64,000 nt of DNA from positions 5,182,760-5,246,759 of the forward strand of contig CM082576.2 in NCBI GenBank assembly GCA_040954595.2. The letters are read 5' to 3'. The position numbers were made by a program, and so were the translations under genes. A model generated the notes under the pieces. The model had not been told where the DNA came from, searched no databases, and saw nothing but the letters and a program-made list of their open reading frames with translations. This document shows positions 11,901 through 25,700 of the stretch, in pieces (the first letter of the stretch is position 1; each line of letters begins with the position of its first letter). The DNA is from Balanoglossus misakiensis (Eukaryota; Animalia; Hemichordata).

Positions 11901-14900
11901 AGTCAAATGGAGAGTATAAACAAAGCCAAGTATATGTGTGTGTGAGTGTGAAACTAAAAGAGCTGAGAAGTGTGTGCAATTCCTGAGGCCTGTATTCATG
12001 TATTCTGAGAATCCCTTGGCACTGTGTTGCAATATAACACCCTGATCGAAGTGGTCAGAGTGTGTCATTTTTCTCCAGAAGAGGACTTCAGAGGATTACA
12101 CTGTCCTGAAGCAGTGTTAGTAACTGCAGTCTGGCTCTTTGAAAATATGTTTTTCTAAGTCTGGATAGGTAGTCTTTAATAGAAGAATACCCAGTCCAAA
12201 CATATCACAATGTACCATACCTCTTCCTCAGACTCTCTGACTTGGCTGACGGTACTCTCTTCTCCCTCGAGCAGTTCCACCAACATCTGATAAATGACCA
12301 AGTTCTTTGGTGGTGATTTGTTGGCATCAACCTATAGTGACAACGACAGAAATAAATCCCGAATCAGTTTTCAACATTCAAATGAAATTTCAAACGTGGA
12401 AACGAACTTTGCTAACACACAGGGTGAGTGATACACATAAACTGCACTACCACAGTACACAATTTTCCAGTTTTATTAGCAAAGGCAAGATCAAACTGGG
12501 GTCAACTTGACTTTCAATTGAAGACCTGCGTGGCATGCATGAGTACAATACTCCCGTAATAAAATGATCAGATTTGATTGACTGCTGGTTTTTACGGGAA
12601 TTCAGTTTTACGATGAGACCAGTAGGAATAATGCACATCAAAAACGCACACCACTGAGTGAATTAATCATTGGCATTCATTTTCACCGTGTGTGACATCA
12701 CCTCCCAGATCCATTTCTGGAATGACACTTTCTCTCTCCGTTTTATTGCAATCGCAGGGACCTGCATATTCTGTGGCATAGATGTCGATATGCCTTCCCG
12801 GCTGCATGCTGGCACAGCGCACTGTGGCACCTTTTAATATCACGGCAGATTGATGCCAAAACAGACATCATTATGAAGATAACGACCCGCCAGGTCACTA
12901 GGGGTCGTACAGCAATAATGCTGAGTTGTGTCGTCCCACTCAGTAATTTCTATGATTGAAGCTTCAGACGTATAATTCTGTACATTGTGACGGTTTTCAA
13001 TCAACTGCCAAAACAAAGGTGCCACACACGGAAAACTGGATAAAATAAACCCGCAGCGAGAGTTTTTTGTACCTGGAATGTGGTGGTCATATCCGGACTC
13101 ATTGTCAGCACGGAACCCTTGTCGTTGGCGTTTGGCGGCTTCAGGAATTCTCGGGTGGAAGCCGAGATCTTGGTGTCTTCGTGATGGAAGGTCAGTTGCA
13201 TACGATCTTCGGAGATCAAAAACACCCTCTCTGCCACATCCTCATTGGCCGGCTTGGCCCTGTTGCGGTGAAACCTGTCAACAATTTTCTGGTTGAAATG
13301 AAACATATTTTTATAATCAGATTAGCCAACTAATGATGAAAACATTCTACAGAATGCATACATTACATGTTACGATGTACAAAGATATTTCTTGCAGAAA
13401 AAAATGATTTTTCAGTTTATTAGGAAACCACTGCGGAACACAAACATTTAACCCAGAAAGACCTTACGGTCCTAAACGGCCAGACTTAGTGAAGTCTGTG
13501 ATGTTCATTAATAAACAACTTTTTTAGTTCAATTTCACTGCAAAGGTAACAAGTACTGTTAGGGCATGAAGTGAATCCAAAATTGACCAAAACAGTGAAG
13601 TATATTCAATTTATTGGGGAAACCTTTCAGTACTAAATTGACTAAAAGCCTGCAGTGAATAATCTACCTTATTTTGACAGGGGGTGGATACGTGAAAAAC
13701 TGCAGGTAATGGTAGTTTATAGACATCTGTCTGTGAAGATCAATTCTGTCTTATTAAAATTATTTTGGGCATAGCGAGGAAAGTGACAGAATCAAATGAG
13801 TCTTTAAACATTGGCGCTTTCACCCCCTCCCTCCTAATTTCATCGTATAAGGACCCAACTATCCTAATGAAAATATTTAGGTCAGACCACCAAAAGCTGG
13901 AGATGGAAGGGTTAAATGTCGCCGATAATGATGCAAATTTTGTTGAGCGCATCTGTCAATTATGGTTGGGAACCTGAACTTCATTACTGAGAAAGCCACA
14001 CTACATTGATTTTATTACCCTCCAACTCCCAAAGCTCAGTAATTGGAGACGCACAGCATGCAAACTGGCCCAGATTGACCTCGGCAAAATTTTAAACGCA
14101 ATCAATGACATACTAACATTTATAGGTCTTGGATTAGAGCCCGCCCCAGATCCCGCTGGTTCCAGTTTCTTCTGTCTTTTGCCAAACTCCACATGTCGAA
14201 AGTACAGGAAGTCGTCCCTCTCGTTGAAATGCTCTGTCATTTCTGTGGCCGTCTCGTCGCGTTTTGCCAAACCGTCCACTCTGGCGTGGTTGTAGAAGAT
14301 CATGTGCCGGTCACTCTCTGGCCCAGGTGTCATAGCCTTGTAAATATGTTCTGAAAAAGAAAATCAGATGAAAGTGAATGGCCTGGGGAAAAAAATCCTG
14401 AAAAAAATATTTTTGATTTCCTGCCTTATGATGTTATCGTCACATGTTTCTCACAATAAAGCTATAAATATCTTCTGTTACATTGAAATATGCTAAATTG
14501 GTTAACAAAATATCAGCAAAATATGATATATGCTTTATCACCTGCAAAATTTGACAAATCTGGATAACGATGATGATGAGTAATTTCTCATGCGATGCAG
14601 AAACAAGATAATCAAAACAGCAAAAGATAAAAAACGTGATTTCAACAGCAACTTTGATTGATGAAGCACTTAAAAGTTCTTTAAAATGATGTCCTTAAAA
14701 ATATACAGTGGTACAATGTACTTTCCTCAATCTCCGAAATGAAAAGTGTCTCTGCAGCCATCCATATTATTAAAGTGTGAATATCCAATCTTTTTGTGAT
14801 TTTCCAATAACCGTAAAGTATGATCATGCAGACCAGTTCACGATTCCTGAAGACAGGAACATCAATTTCCGCTGCAGTCTGCATGCCTCCTTCACTCGGA

Positions 14901-17900
14901 CATAAATCATGTCATTATCCCTTGACAGAAATCACAGAGAAAGAGATTTCATTGTTTTTACCTTTCAGATGGCGAGGTCTGCCTTTGGCATAGTGTTCAG
15001 TGACTATACCATTTCTGTGATTATGTACACGTAGCTCCAACTTGTCTTTTCTATTGGCGTTCCATTCTTTTACTTGAACCAAATTTTTCACTGTAAAACA
15101 AAACAAAACAAACAAAGACAACAAAATAAATTATTAGTACGTTTGACAGCAGCTGCTGGCTTTATAATCTTGAAAACACTGAATTACTAATAGAGGTGTA
15201 TCATGTTACATGTTATAAGTTGACTCAATATGTAGAAAGTATGACTAGCATAATAATAACCAAATAAATGAAAAATCATGAAAACACAGAATAATGAAAT
15301 AACATTAAGAGTGAAAAACCCAATAACTTACATTCCTTATCCTCATAGATGGACAATTTTGTCACCAGACCATCTCTATTCAAATACTCCGCAAACTTTT
15401 CCAGTTTGGCCCTCTTGTAGAGTAGTGTCTTCTTTCCCAGTGGACACCGTGTCTGGAATTCCCGGAGTGACAGTTCAAATGGCTGAACCCAGGAAGGAGG
15501 CAAATCCAGGGTCTTCTCCTCTTCCTTCTCTTCATCCTGGAAGTGATGATTATGGTAAGAAATGGGTGTAAAGAAATTGGCCCAAATCATGTATACAAAG
15601 CAAAGATCACAAAATTCAGAATGTTCGCATTTCTGTTGCTATTCAAGTTTGACTTCACGGGGATACTAGAAGAAAGATCTATAAGCTGATTTACAGAAAG
15701 TTTGATGCTGGAAATATAGAGAAAAACATGGAAGAAATTTTCAATTTGTTTCTAACTGTACATTTAAGTACAACCAGGGGACTTTTGTTGTGTGTGATGG
15801 CCTTTATATGTCAGCCACTGAAAATCTGTATTTTACTTCAAAAACAAGCTGGTTCCTCAACTATGCAGCAAAACACATCAGTATTGACAGAAATGCATTG
15901 ATTACAGATAACATGACAGCCACTTCAAGTGTTTTGCATTTCAATTCAAATCTGTGTATAACTCACTGATTGGTACTTGGGAAGAATTATCCGGCAGAAA
16001 TGTGTCTAGAATTCGTAATATGGACCGTGGGGGTACCTTCTGTGGTACACTCTTTTCTGCTAATGATTTGCAGTGTGTTTTGCAGTTACACATTGTTTAT
16101 CCACAAAAGAATTGCAGCTGCACGTTGCTGATAACATAAACACATGAGGGGAGGGGGAGAAGAAAGCTTTTGAACTGAAAATCTATGTAGTGAGCGTCTC
16201 TACCGAAATGGCACAAGGTTATTCTTGCAAAGTCAATAATCTCGTCTGGACAATGCAAGATGTCAATATTGTTTTTACCTCTTCGTCATCAAAATCCAAT
16301 GCGTCTTCCTCTGCATCTGGTATCGTTAACTGCGGCTTGTCTGTCTGTGGAAACATATATTCCCATCGGGCACAGTCTCCCAGGTCAAACACCAGGTTCT
16401 GAGAAAAACAGGGAAAAACACATCGATGGTGAGTTTTGTAGGAAAACACGACGAGGTTCTTAACAGCTGCATATACATGCTAAGTCTGCATAAAATCAAT
16501 AGGTTGCACTTCAAATTGTCCTCTGCCTGTGTCATTCTGGAAACGTCCCCTGAGAGGAATGCTTAAGTTAATACGCGGCAAGCAATTGATATGCAGAGTC
16601 ACAGGTGCGGTGTGATGATATACTTGTATTACGTTCACACTAACTATTCACACAGAGTGAGCCTACCTTGCAACCTTCTGAGCAATCTTGCATGCACACC
16701 CAATAGTTGCTATTATTCCACAGCGATTCAATACCCAAGAAATTTGGATCCGATGTCGGGAATGAATTGCCCGTCAGTGGCTCGATGAAGAAATTCTCAG
16801 GAACTTCACGTTTTCCCGACAGCACTAACACCCAGCTGTGGATGCGCAGACCAAACAGATCATCCGGAGGTGGCTTCTCCAATTCCTAATTCCATACAAA
16901 CAGAAAGAAAATGTTAAAGCTATATTCTTCATTTGAGTGGGGAAAAACAGAGCAAATCACAGATGTTCTTTAACAGGCACTCAGTAGACATGCTGGGTGA
17001 TAGCACTTAAACTAAATGTATCTATCATTCAAAACACATTTGTTGGTTTGAAGACACAGAAATCCACTCGGAATGATCATGCACATTTTGTTACATACAT
17101 GCATCTGCTTTTTCTAAGTTATCTAGTGGACGTTCCTAACTGGAATACCAAGAAATCACCCAACACACTAGAAAGGAAATGATACAGTGCTCTCTGGGAG
17201 ATGTCTTGTCACAAGACAAAGACTGGTGTGCAAAGGAAGATCACCTTTGTCTCTTAAAATTCACAAACCTTCAGTTCTGCTAACAGTCTCTGTGATTAGT
17301 ATAAGAGTTTAGAAGCAAAACAATGGAGAGTGTTAAAGTAGGCTGAAGTTGCTTTTTATGCAAAGATATACTGATAGCATTTTTCTTGTACTAAAGTCAC
17401 ATGATGCTCTGACAAAGACATCCAAATCAGACCATCCTTGTTCTTGTCTCACAGGATGGCCTTTACTTTTAAATGGTATTAATTTTCACTCACTGCTTGT
17501 TTCTCTTCCTCTTCCTTCCTCCTCTTTTCTTCCTCTTTTTCTTTTTCTTCCTCTTTCCTCTGTTCCTGTTTGATGATGAATTTACTCCTCAGGTCCTTTG
17601 GCGGTTTCACCGTGTATTTCTTGGCTTCCTTCTTCTTTTCTTCTTGTTTCACCTGTTGGTGTCACAAAAAATGAACATGGTGTCACAAATATGGCTGCAT
17701 CAAGGACACTACCTTCATGTAGACCACTTTTAGTGAAAATCACCAACCTGTTGTTTCTTCCTCATAAGAGGACATGTTTCCCTCGTTTCATCACACAGGC
17801 ACGTTTCCCTGGTGGCATATCCAGACACCACGTAGGCATCGTATCCAGCGCCTAGCAACAGTGAACACAGCAAAGTACTCATCTCAAAACAATGACCTTT

Positions 17901-19281
17901 CTGTTTCTTCAAGACGGTGGCTGGTGAAAACAATGTCTTGGGCTGTTGGGAAAAAAGACATGGAAAATAAATGTAAAATCTGGTGAACATTTGGATGTTT
18001 TCAATATCATGAAGGAGTTGCAAACTTTCATTGACAAGAATGGTTCTCTGTAGAGAACATCTTTAGAGAACAGGAAAAGGACAGCACTTGATCTTCCTGT
18101 AAGGTACAAACTTTTCGCCCCAGTGAAGCCACTGAATATATTCTCCGCTTTTTTTTCTGTGGGACACTTACCAGCTCAATGGGTGGATCCAAAGGAACAA
18201 ACGTGATGTAATCAGCCACAAACTCTGCCGCTCCATCATAATCATACAATTCTTGGTACGGCAACAGAGTTGGTCTTATAGTTGTGCAGTCAAACTTCTC
18301 AATTCCGCACTCATTCAAGGGATTCAAAAGCAGTGGTTTACGGTCCCTGTACAGGTGAACATACTGTCGTCGGAAGTTCTCAGCATACTGCAGAACCAGG
18401 GTCTCCTTGTTTTCATTTTCTTTGTATGAGAGGGGATAATCAGCCAAGTTTTCAAAGTCGATCAGTGGACTAAAAAGAGAAAAAAAGATATAATTAATAC
18501 ATGGTATTCAACCTTTGCCTGCAAGTCTGTTTTATTTTCTCTCCAAGTGATTCATCGTCAGATATGAACTGAATGGGGAGGATCAGGGGAGACACACAAT
18601 CAAAACAGCATGTCCGCATACACACAGGCTTGTCATATCATGCATTCAGGCCTCTTATACAAATAAGCACATCAAGATGGTTGCATCAACAGTTGACAGG
18701 AACAGGGCTGTGTCTCCTGTTCAACTTTGGTATAATGTTGATACTCTTGATGATGTGCTGACAGTCAGCAGGGATTGAAACTGATTGGACCTGGCTACAC
18801 TATGCTGCACTAACCAAAGTCAGGTAATTTTGCTGTCATGGGACTGGGATTGTACATATAAGGTTATGCAGAAACTGAATTTTTAGTGCCTCTAATTATA
18901 TTGTTAGAAATTGGGCCTCTGCTTGAGTGAGTGAGCTTAGGCTAGACCATGTAAACACTGTCTTGTGGCGAGTCCACACACAAAACTGGTGCACCATACA
19001 CCATCATAAGATTGCATCAAAGTGGCGAATGAAATCACTAGATCAATTTTATTCAGTTATATACACTGTACTCACACATCGATGGTAGGGGCAACAACTG
19101 TTATGTTTGCCAGCTCTTCCTTCAAAGCCTGTACGTTCTCTGATTCCTCCAAGTCTTCTTCGGTCTCTTCCGCAATGGTGGGTGTTGCCTCATTTTCCAG
19201 GCTCGGAATTTCTTCGGGTGGTTGTTCTGTCTTTACTTCATCTACACCGTTTTCCGATTCTGCTGGTTTTTCGTCCGACAT
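8942..19281 (-). CDS. DRC7: Dynein regulatory complex subunit 7 (CCDC135), ~14 exons
   Basis: ATG 19281 (MSDEKPAE); exons give YAENFRRQYVHLYRDRKPLLLNPLNECG, GHCFEMSTLLCSLLLGAGYDAYVVSGYA, LRIHSWVLV..FFIEP, LGIESLWN, LDLPPSWV, DYLAPFL, RLIDKANLIQARFE; last exon HKETAPLKYMALEQKVRTDQRLSEYF*, stop at 8942-8944. Confidence 0.95.
10013..10026. promoter_or_regulatory. Consensus RFX X-box GTTACCATGGCAAC in a DRC7 intron
   Basis: Exact match to GTNRCC-N(0-3)-RGYAAC; the host is a motile-cilia gene. Function not shown. Confidence 0.4.
13817..13915. mobile_element. Degenerate short MITE-like element, probably related to the element at 42360-42443
   Basis: Starts CTTTCACCCCC and ends GGAAGGGTTAA; resembles the reverse complement of 42360-42443. 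Confidence 0.35.
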
Positions 19282-19760
19282 CTTTAAATACGCTGTAAAA
19301 CTCTTTGTTTTTGCAAAATCTTAGCCGATTACACTACCCCAACAGACTTCTCCAGTTGCCTTGCAACTCCCTCTCAAAACTATGTATCCCTTTACCTAGT
19401 TACAGTACAGTAAATAGTTCACTACGCGCAGCGAAGTTTTCACGAAATTTTGGGCTATTTCATCTTCAGAATATTTATTATTTGTATTGACATATACATA
19501 CAACGCGTTTTGTAGTTGGAAAATGCATATGTATTGGGCATTGAATAAAATCATAAACTATATTGGACGCGGAGCAATATAGGATATAAACATTGCATCC
19601 CTTAGCAACTGAGAATGTTGCGGAAGTCATTAACCTTTTCCCGTCATGCAACGCGCTTTTCAATATGGCCGCGCCCATGTAAAACGTTCCGTGCGGCGAG
19701 GTTTTTTTCGCGAGCGACTAGTCGATATATATACGGTCCGTCGAAGTGATTATTTTAAGT
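19282..19760. promoter_or_regulatory. Putative bidirectional promoter DRC7/TTC27
   Basis: Divergent start codons 479 bp apart, CpG-richer DNA; X-box-like GTTGCCTTGCAAC at 19355-19367, half-site CTTAGCAAC at 19601-19609, YY1-like AATATGGCCG at ~19662. Confidence 0.6.
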
Positions 19761-22700
19761 ATGGGGGACCAAAGTATCCACCACGCCGCGAAATCATTGG
19801 AACTTTCGATATTTAAAGGGAGGTGCATACAAGATGTCGCAGGTAATACCCGGTTGTGTTACTGATTGTTGCAATATTGTAAACACATGGTAAACTCACG
19901 TGTAACTGTAAAGCAGTAGCATGTGGTTTCTGAAGGTATCCGTTATATGCTAATCGAATCATAAGTTCGACGCTAGCAACCAGCGTTAGCGTCATCTGTC
20001 TCTCTCGTACGTCGACGTTTAAACCTCCCCGTCAATATTGTTTGATTTTTCATTTGTAATTTTTTTTTTAATTCATCAGTCAATATTCAAGCAGTCATTT
20101 AATTTCTTATTTACCTTTTTTAGGAATTCATAGAAATCAAGATGTTGTTACCATGGTTACACAAGTCTGCGAAGGAAGTTATGATTCCATCTTTCAAAAT
20201 GAGAATATAAAACAAATTCTTGGTACAATGCTGGAAACAGATGCTGATCTTCCACTTCGTAAATATTTAAATGATAATATTGCATCATTTTTAAAAGACT
20301 CCGCACCCGAAGATTTGAAACTAAGGTATGTGTAAATGGTCTACAGTATTAAATGTGAAAACTAAGCTATAGAAGTAGATCTTTTCTATCTTTCATAACA
20401 TGAATGAAAGAGTTGGATTCTAATGAAAAAGCAGCTTGCAGAAAGAGAATTGATGTACATGTTACTATTCTTAAGCTACATGTATCAAACCAGTGATCTT
20501 TATAGTGGGGTAAATGTTCAGAGCCCACATGTATCCTAGAATCACCTGACGAATTGGCCAGTTTTTGATAAAAATATAATTTTCTTATTTCCACAGGCAA
20601 CTCTATATATTATGTGCTGGTGTGTCATGTTTACAGCTCTTCATTCAAGCTAACTGGACAGGTCCCCCTGTCAAAGAATCTCCCACACAGTATTTAGCAG
20701 ACATCTACAGGAACCAGGTGATTTACTCTTGATACCTAAAATGTCGATACCTAATGAACAAAACATCTGAAGATCAAATGTTCAGTAAGGGCACTGTGGT
20801 CGAGTGAGCTAAGTTCACACATTCAATGTTTGAAAAGAAAAATAGCAACTGTACTCTGAATTTAAGATTTTCAGAAAGTGGGCGTGTCACTTTAACAGCC
20901 ACATGTACTGAACTTGTAATGAGAAAATAATGAATACAAATCTTCAGCTTGTGTGCAGTCTGCTGTACCATTCTACATCATGCGCTTGCAAGTCCCATGA
21001 AAAATTCATGCTTGTGACAGAATTGCGTGGTCAAACAACTTTCTGATTTTCCCCAGGGTGCAGATTTTCAAGATTACATGATGAATGAATTATTCAACGA
21101 AGACGAGACCACCTATCCACTAGTTTCTCATCCGTTGTATTTACTGCTGGCTATCATATTCCTGGCTGACAGCAAACATTTACTTCGAGACTGCCAGGTA
21201 ATAAACTCCCTCATCATCCCATCAACCATCTGAATGGAAAAGTTCAAAGTAATCTTTTTTAGCTGATTGAGTTTTTTTTTTATAGATGAGACAGATGATA
21301 AAAGGCGATTGCAGTTGTCAAACAGGTGTGAGGGTACTTTGTAGTAAAAATGGAAACTGGATATCAAATTGGTTATTTGAGACCAATTTCCATTATGTGT
21401 GGGTGAAGCTACTTTGGAAACTCCAATATTGCCATGGTTTCACTAATCTTAGAGTTGTGAATAGTGCCTTGAATTTCAAATTACGGTAATGAAAACGGCG
21501 ATCTTTCTATGATTTTTGGGGGGTAAAAATTGAAAATGTAAAGTGCCATCTTCAAGAAATAAAGACCTGCCTCCCATATATTTGTTTAGGATGAAAAGGT
21601 TTCCATGACAAAACCAACCAGTTTATAAAATTGATAATTGCCCTAATTTCAGCATTCCTTGATAAATGTTGAAAATTGACTCATTTGTTGACCGTAATAT
21701 GCCATGGAGTGTACCAGTTATAAAATAAATTGTGTTACGCTTGTATTGACATGCCTCATTCATACATAAGTAAAATAGATAATCTTTTAAAAATGCATTT
21801 GTAGACGTTCAGGTTGGTATTAATACAAATGGTTGAATGATTATACCTCCTGAAAATGTTTTCGCATCATGAGATGAGATTGTCGCCCAGTGATATAGTC
21901 TGACTTGTCTCGCTTCTTTGCAGACAGCGGATTGGTGGATCATTCGATGTCTGTTTGTCAAGCAAAGGTTATTAGATGAAAGTTCTCCAAGGATTCACAG
22001 CCAGATTATGGAATTAATCGATCAAGGTTTGTTAGCCCCTCAGAGTTGAGAGGTTTGAGTAAGCCGATGACATTTTACATTCATAAATAATGTATACTCT
22101 GTCTCTTTCTGTGCCTTAATTTCTTTAAATACCTCTCCCCTCATTCCTCGGTTAATGTAAAATTACTTGTCTGTTGTACTTCAAAGAAATTTCCGAACTA
22201 TTTTGTTATCTAGCACACAAGCTCATTACCATTTCCATTATAGAAAGTCATTCCAACCTGTCTGCAGACTCTTTTTTTCTGCATTTAATTTGTTGACATA
22301 GTAAAGAATTATTAGATAGAGTATAACATCATGAGCACCGCACTGCATTTCACTTTTTATGTCCGGTACAATTTGGGTCGCTCGGAGCGAGCCAAACTTT
22401 GCTGCGTGCAAAAGCAAAAAAATTAAATGTATTTATAGAGTAAGAGTCTCTTGTGAGGCTGATGTGCCAAAAAGCAGTCACTTGGGATTAAGATTATAGA
22501 GAAAATGGCACATCTGATTTATTTCAGATAAAAGTACTATATGGGTTACCATCAAACCCATTTCAGGCCTTGGCCAGGATTTTTACTCTCCATTTCAGAC
22601 CAGATTGCTGACACACATATATGCAGCTACTTATAGGGAGCACACCTTGGGGAAAATCCAATGTACTTAAAATTTTATGACAAGAAAGTACTTTGTCTCA

Positions 22701-25700
22701 GAGCTAGAAGAAAGGATAGAGATTGTCTCACAACTAATTCTCCATGGCTCAGTATACAGACCTACAAAGTACTCGTTCCAGGGTAATCAAAATAATACCA
22801 CAAGAAAGCAATTCAGCCTTGACTGTTGTCAATAAAACCACCATTTTTTGCGTGTAAATTTTCCCCTTGTACTTTTCAGTGAACAAGGCCGACATCTTCA
22901 CAGGGGGCCAACTGTCAGAATCTGACCGAACTCAGTTTCATCTTGAATGCAGCTATATATATGGATATTATTATGATTATGAACAATCGAAAGAACAGCT
23001 TGCAAATGCCAGAAATGTGGCCAAAATTAGCACAAATTTCACAGGTAAGTTGAAAATGGTGAGTGTTAGTTTTGAAAAGAATGGTGTGAAAGGCAGGCAG
23101 CTCTATGGACAGTTCAATAGTGTTGCTACTGACATTGTTACATTGAAAATTTATGAAAACAGGGCCGTTCTTCCAGTACATCAAGGTGAAGTGAATATAT
23201 GACAGAAAGATTGCTTGGATATAAACTCATCAACCTTCTAGAATTCAAACCAGAAACTGCAGTAGACACAAAAAAACAAAATTCTAAAAAAAGAATAGAG
23301 CCAAAAGTTGAAGCTAATGGAACTTTAAAATAAACACAATATTGTGTTTTGTGTTCGTGGCATACTGTGACAAGTTCTCCTGATTGAAAACCATACAAAG
23401 CTTCTGAGTGGTGGGAGACGACAGTATAATACAAGCAAGCTTCGACTGTATTGCAACTATTATATTGTGAGATATGAAATGCATGTGGATTTAATTAAAA
23501 TGAAGAATTTATATCTGAAGAATTTCCAGCTGCTTATTTCAAGGAAAAATCTTGTACACAAAAGATGTTTACGCCGTATATAAATGGAATTTCATTTTCG
23601 CAGACTGTATTAAGGATATGGCCCCCAAATATAGAAATTTTGAAATAAAAAGGATAATGAATGCTTTGTTTGCTATTTTTTGAAGAAATCACGACATACC
23701 CATGGTTTCTTTATTCATGTTTTCACTCTTTAGAAATGTTTCTATCAAAAGTAAGAGAGGTTTGGATGGCTTTAATTTCTTCAGGACTCTGTCCCACAGA
23801 TGCTTTTATGTAAAGAAAGGAAATAAGATTGTAATCTTTTAGCGAGATTGTTGTGAATAGATCATTGCGAATCGTGCTGGTCATCATTGACGTCACATAA
23901 GCCTCACGAGCATGAAGTTTCACATTCACAAAAATGATGATGAATGCAATGTTCTTTCTGTGTCGTTTCAAAACAGGTGCGTTGGGTAAACGGACACAGT
24001 TCCAACAAAGCAGTATCGCTCAGCTGTTACTTCAGGTGCGCAGATTGGACGGCAAAGAGATGGAACACGAAACTGCACAATTAGGTGTCGATTCACTGCC
24101 AAAGGTAAAGAAAAAAAAGACTTGTGAAGTCACAGAAATAACTCCTGCAGTCAAATGTGTTTTTGAATACATAGATTTCTCAAGTGGAAACTTTGACAAT
24201 GCTTTCTTCCAACAACTTCATCCCGGTTCCCAGATTGACGTTATTGTGTGTATCAATGTAGCCATCATCGTGCCAATTACTGGGATACTCAGAAACGAGA
24301 CATTTCCCCCTGGAGCATATCAACGTTGATGAAAGGATGCTCGAAGCAACAATCAATGTCAGTTCAGTAATTTGATTCGTAGCAGGGGACTGCAACTTGT
24401 ATTTTGCATTGGCAGTGAATCTGTATACAAAAAAATTCACTATATATATTTATACATTTTTTATAGCATAGACCTATGTCATAATCAGTGTCGTGAGTTT
24501 TGAGAGAGGTTTTACTACCATTTCAGATTTATGGCAGGATTTCAGAATTTAATCAGAGTTCAGTAATTTTGACATGCAAAAAGGTGCCAGCTATGTAATG
24601 GTTTTGCGTAGAAAATAGGACTTTGATCGATGTTTATTTTTCATTTGACCTGTTGAATTTGAATTTGAGGTCAGTGTATTTTTTCTCTCTTTACTGGATC
24701 GATCTATCTACACTGATTGAGAAGAGATGCACATTGTTCAATATTGTCAGTTCCTTGACCAGATTGACCATGCATAGATGGCTTCTTCAATCAGGTTATT
24801 AAGTGTAGATGAAAATTAGTTCATAATTAAACTGCCAATGTGAACCTTGGAGGTGTGTACGGCTTTAAATTGTCTTGGAGATACATCATTTTATCAGAGA
24901 CTCGCTGACAAAGTAGCTGTATTATTCATTTAATTAACTATTCTAATATTAACTTTAAGCGTATACTCGGTGGACTCATTTCCTGTACACATTGTTTTTT
25001 TAACAGAATGACTCTTTGGAATAATTTACTCAAAAAGCTAGAGACAGACTTGCAAAATACCTTCCCACATTAATTTCTGTATTAAGTAAACTTATTAACA
25101 GAAATCAATATTCTCTATCCTAATATTATCTCTTCCATGTACATTCTTTTTAAAACTCATTTCCAGTTTTTAGGAGAAGCATATTTTGCCTGGAGACAAA
25201 TTCCTTTACGTTTCTCATTTTTTTTTTTTGCTCTTTTCTCAGGACCTGCTGTTAAATGATGATACATTGCTGAATAAAGTGCAATACACTGACCCTGAGG
25301 TCACTGAAGGGATTGAATTAAGTGGTGTTGAGCAGGCTTTGATTTTGGCAATGTGGTATGTTGTCATGGTGATCTTTTATCATTAGGTCGTCGTACCTTC
25401 ATTTACAGTGATTGCCCCTTGATGCCTCAGCCATTGCTTACATGTATTATCCATGTAAGCCTCGAAACTAAGTTACCAAGCCTTACATGGTATTGTCCTG
25501 GGATTTTGAAACTTAATGCATGTTTCATGAATTCTCCGGCCAAATGCACCCTGTACATGAGAGCTCAAGATATAAACACAGAAATACTGATGGTTGGCAT
25601 GGGAACATTTAAAATTGGCGATTTTCCATGACCTTGATTTTGGTACGGCACGCCATCAACTGGGGTCTGTGTTCAATATTGGAATATAAACAAGAATGAT

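Noticed and set aside
11540-12180. Possible transposon relic in a long DRC7 intron
   Set aside because: Short palindromes only; no matched termini or recognisable coding remnant.
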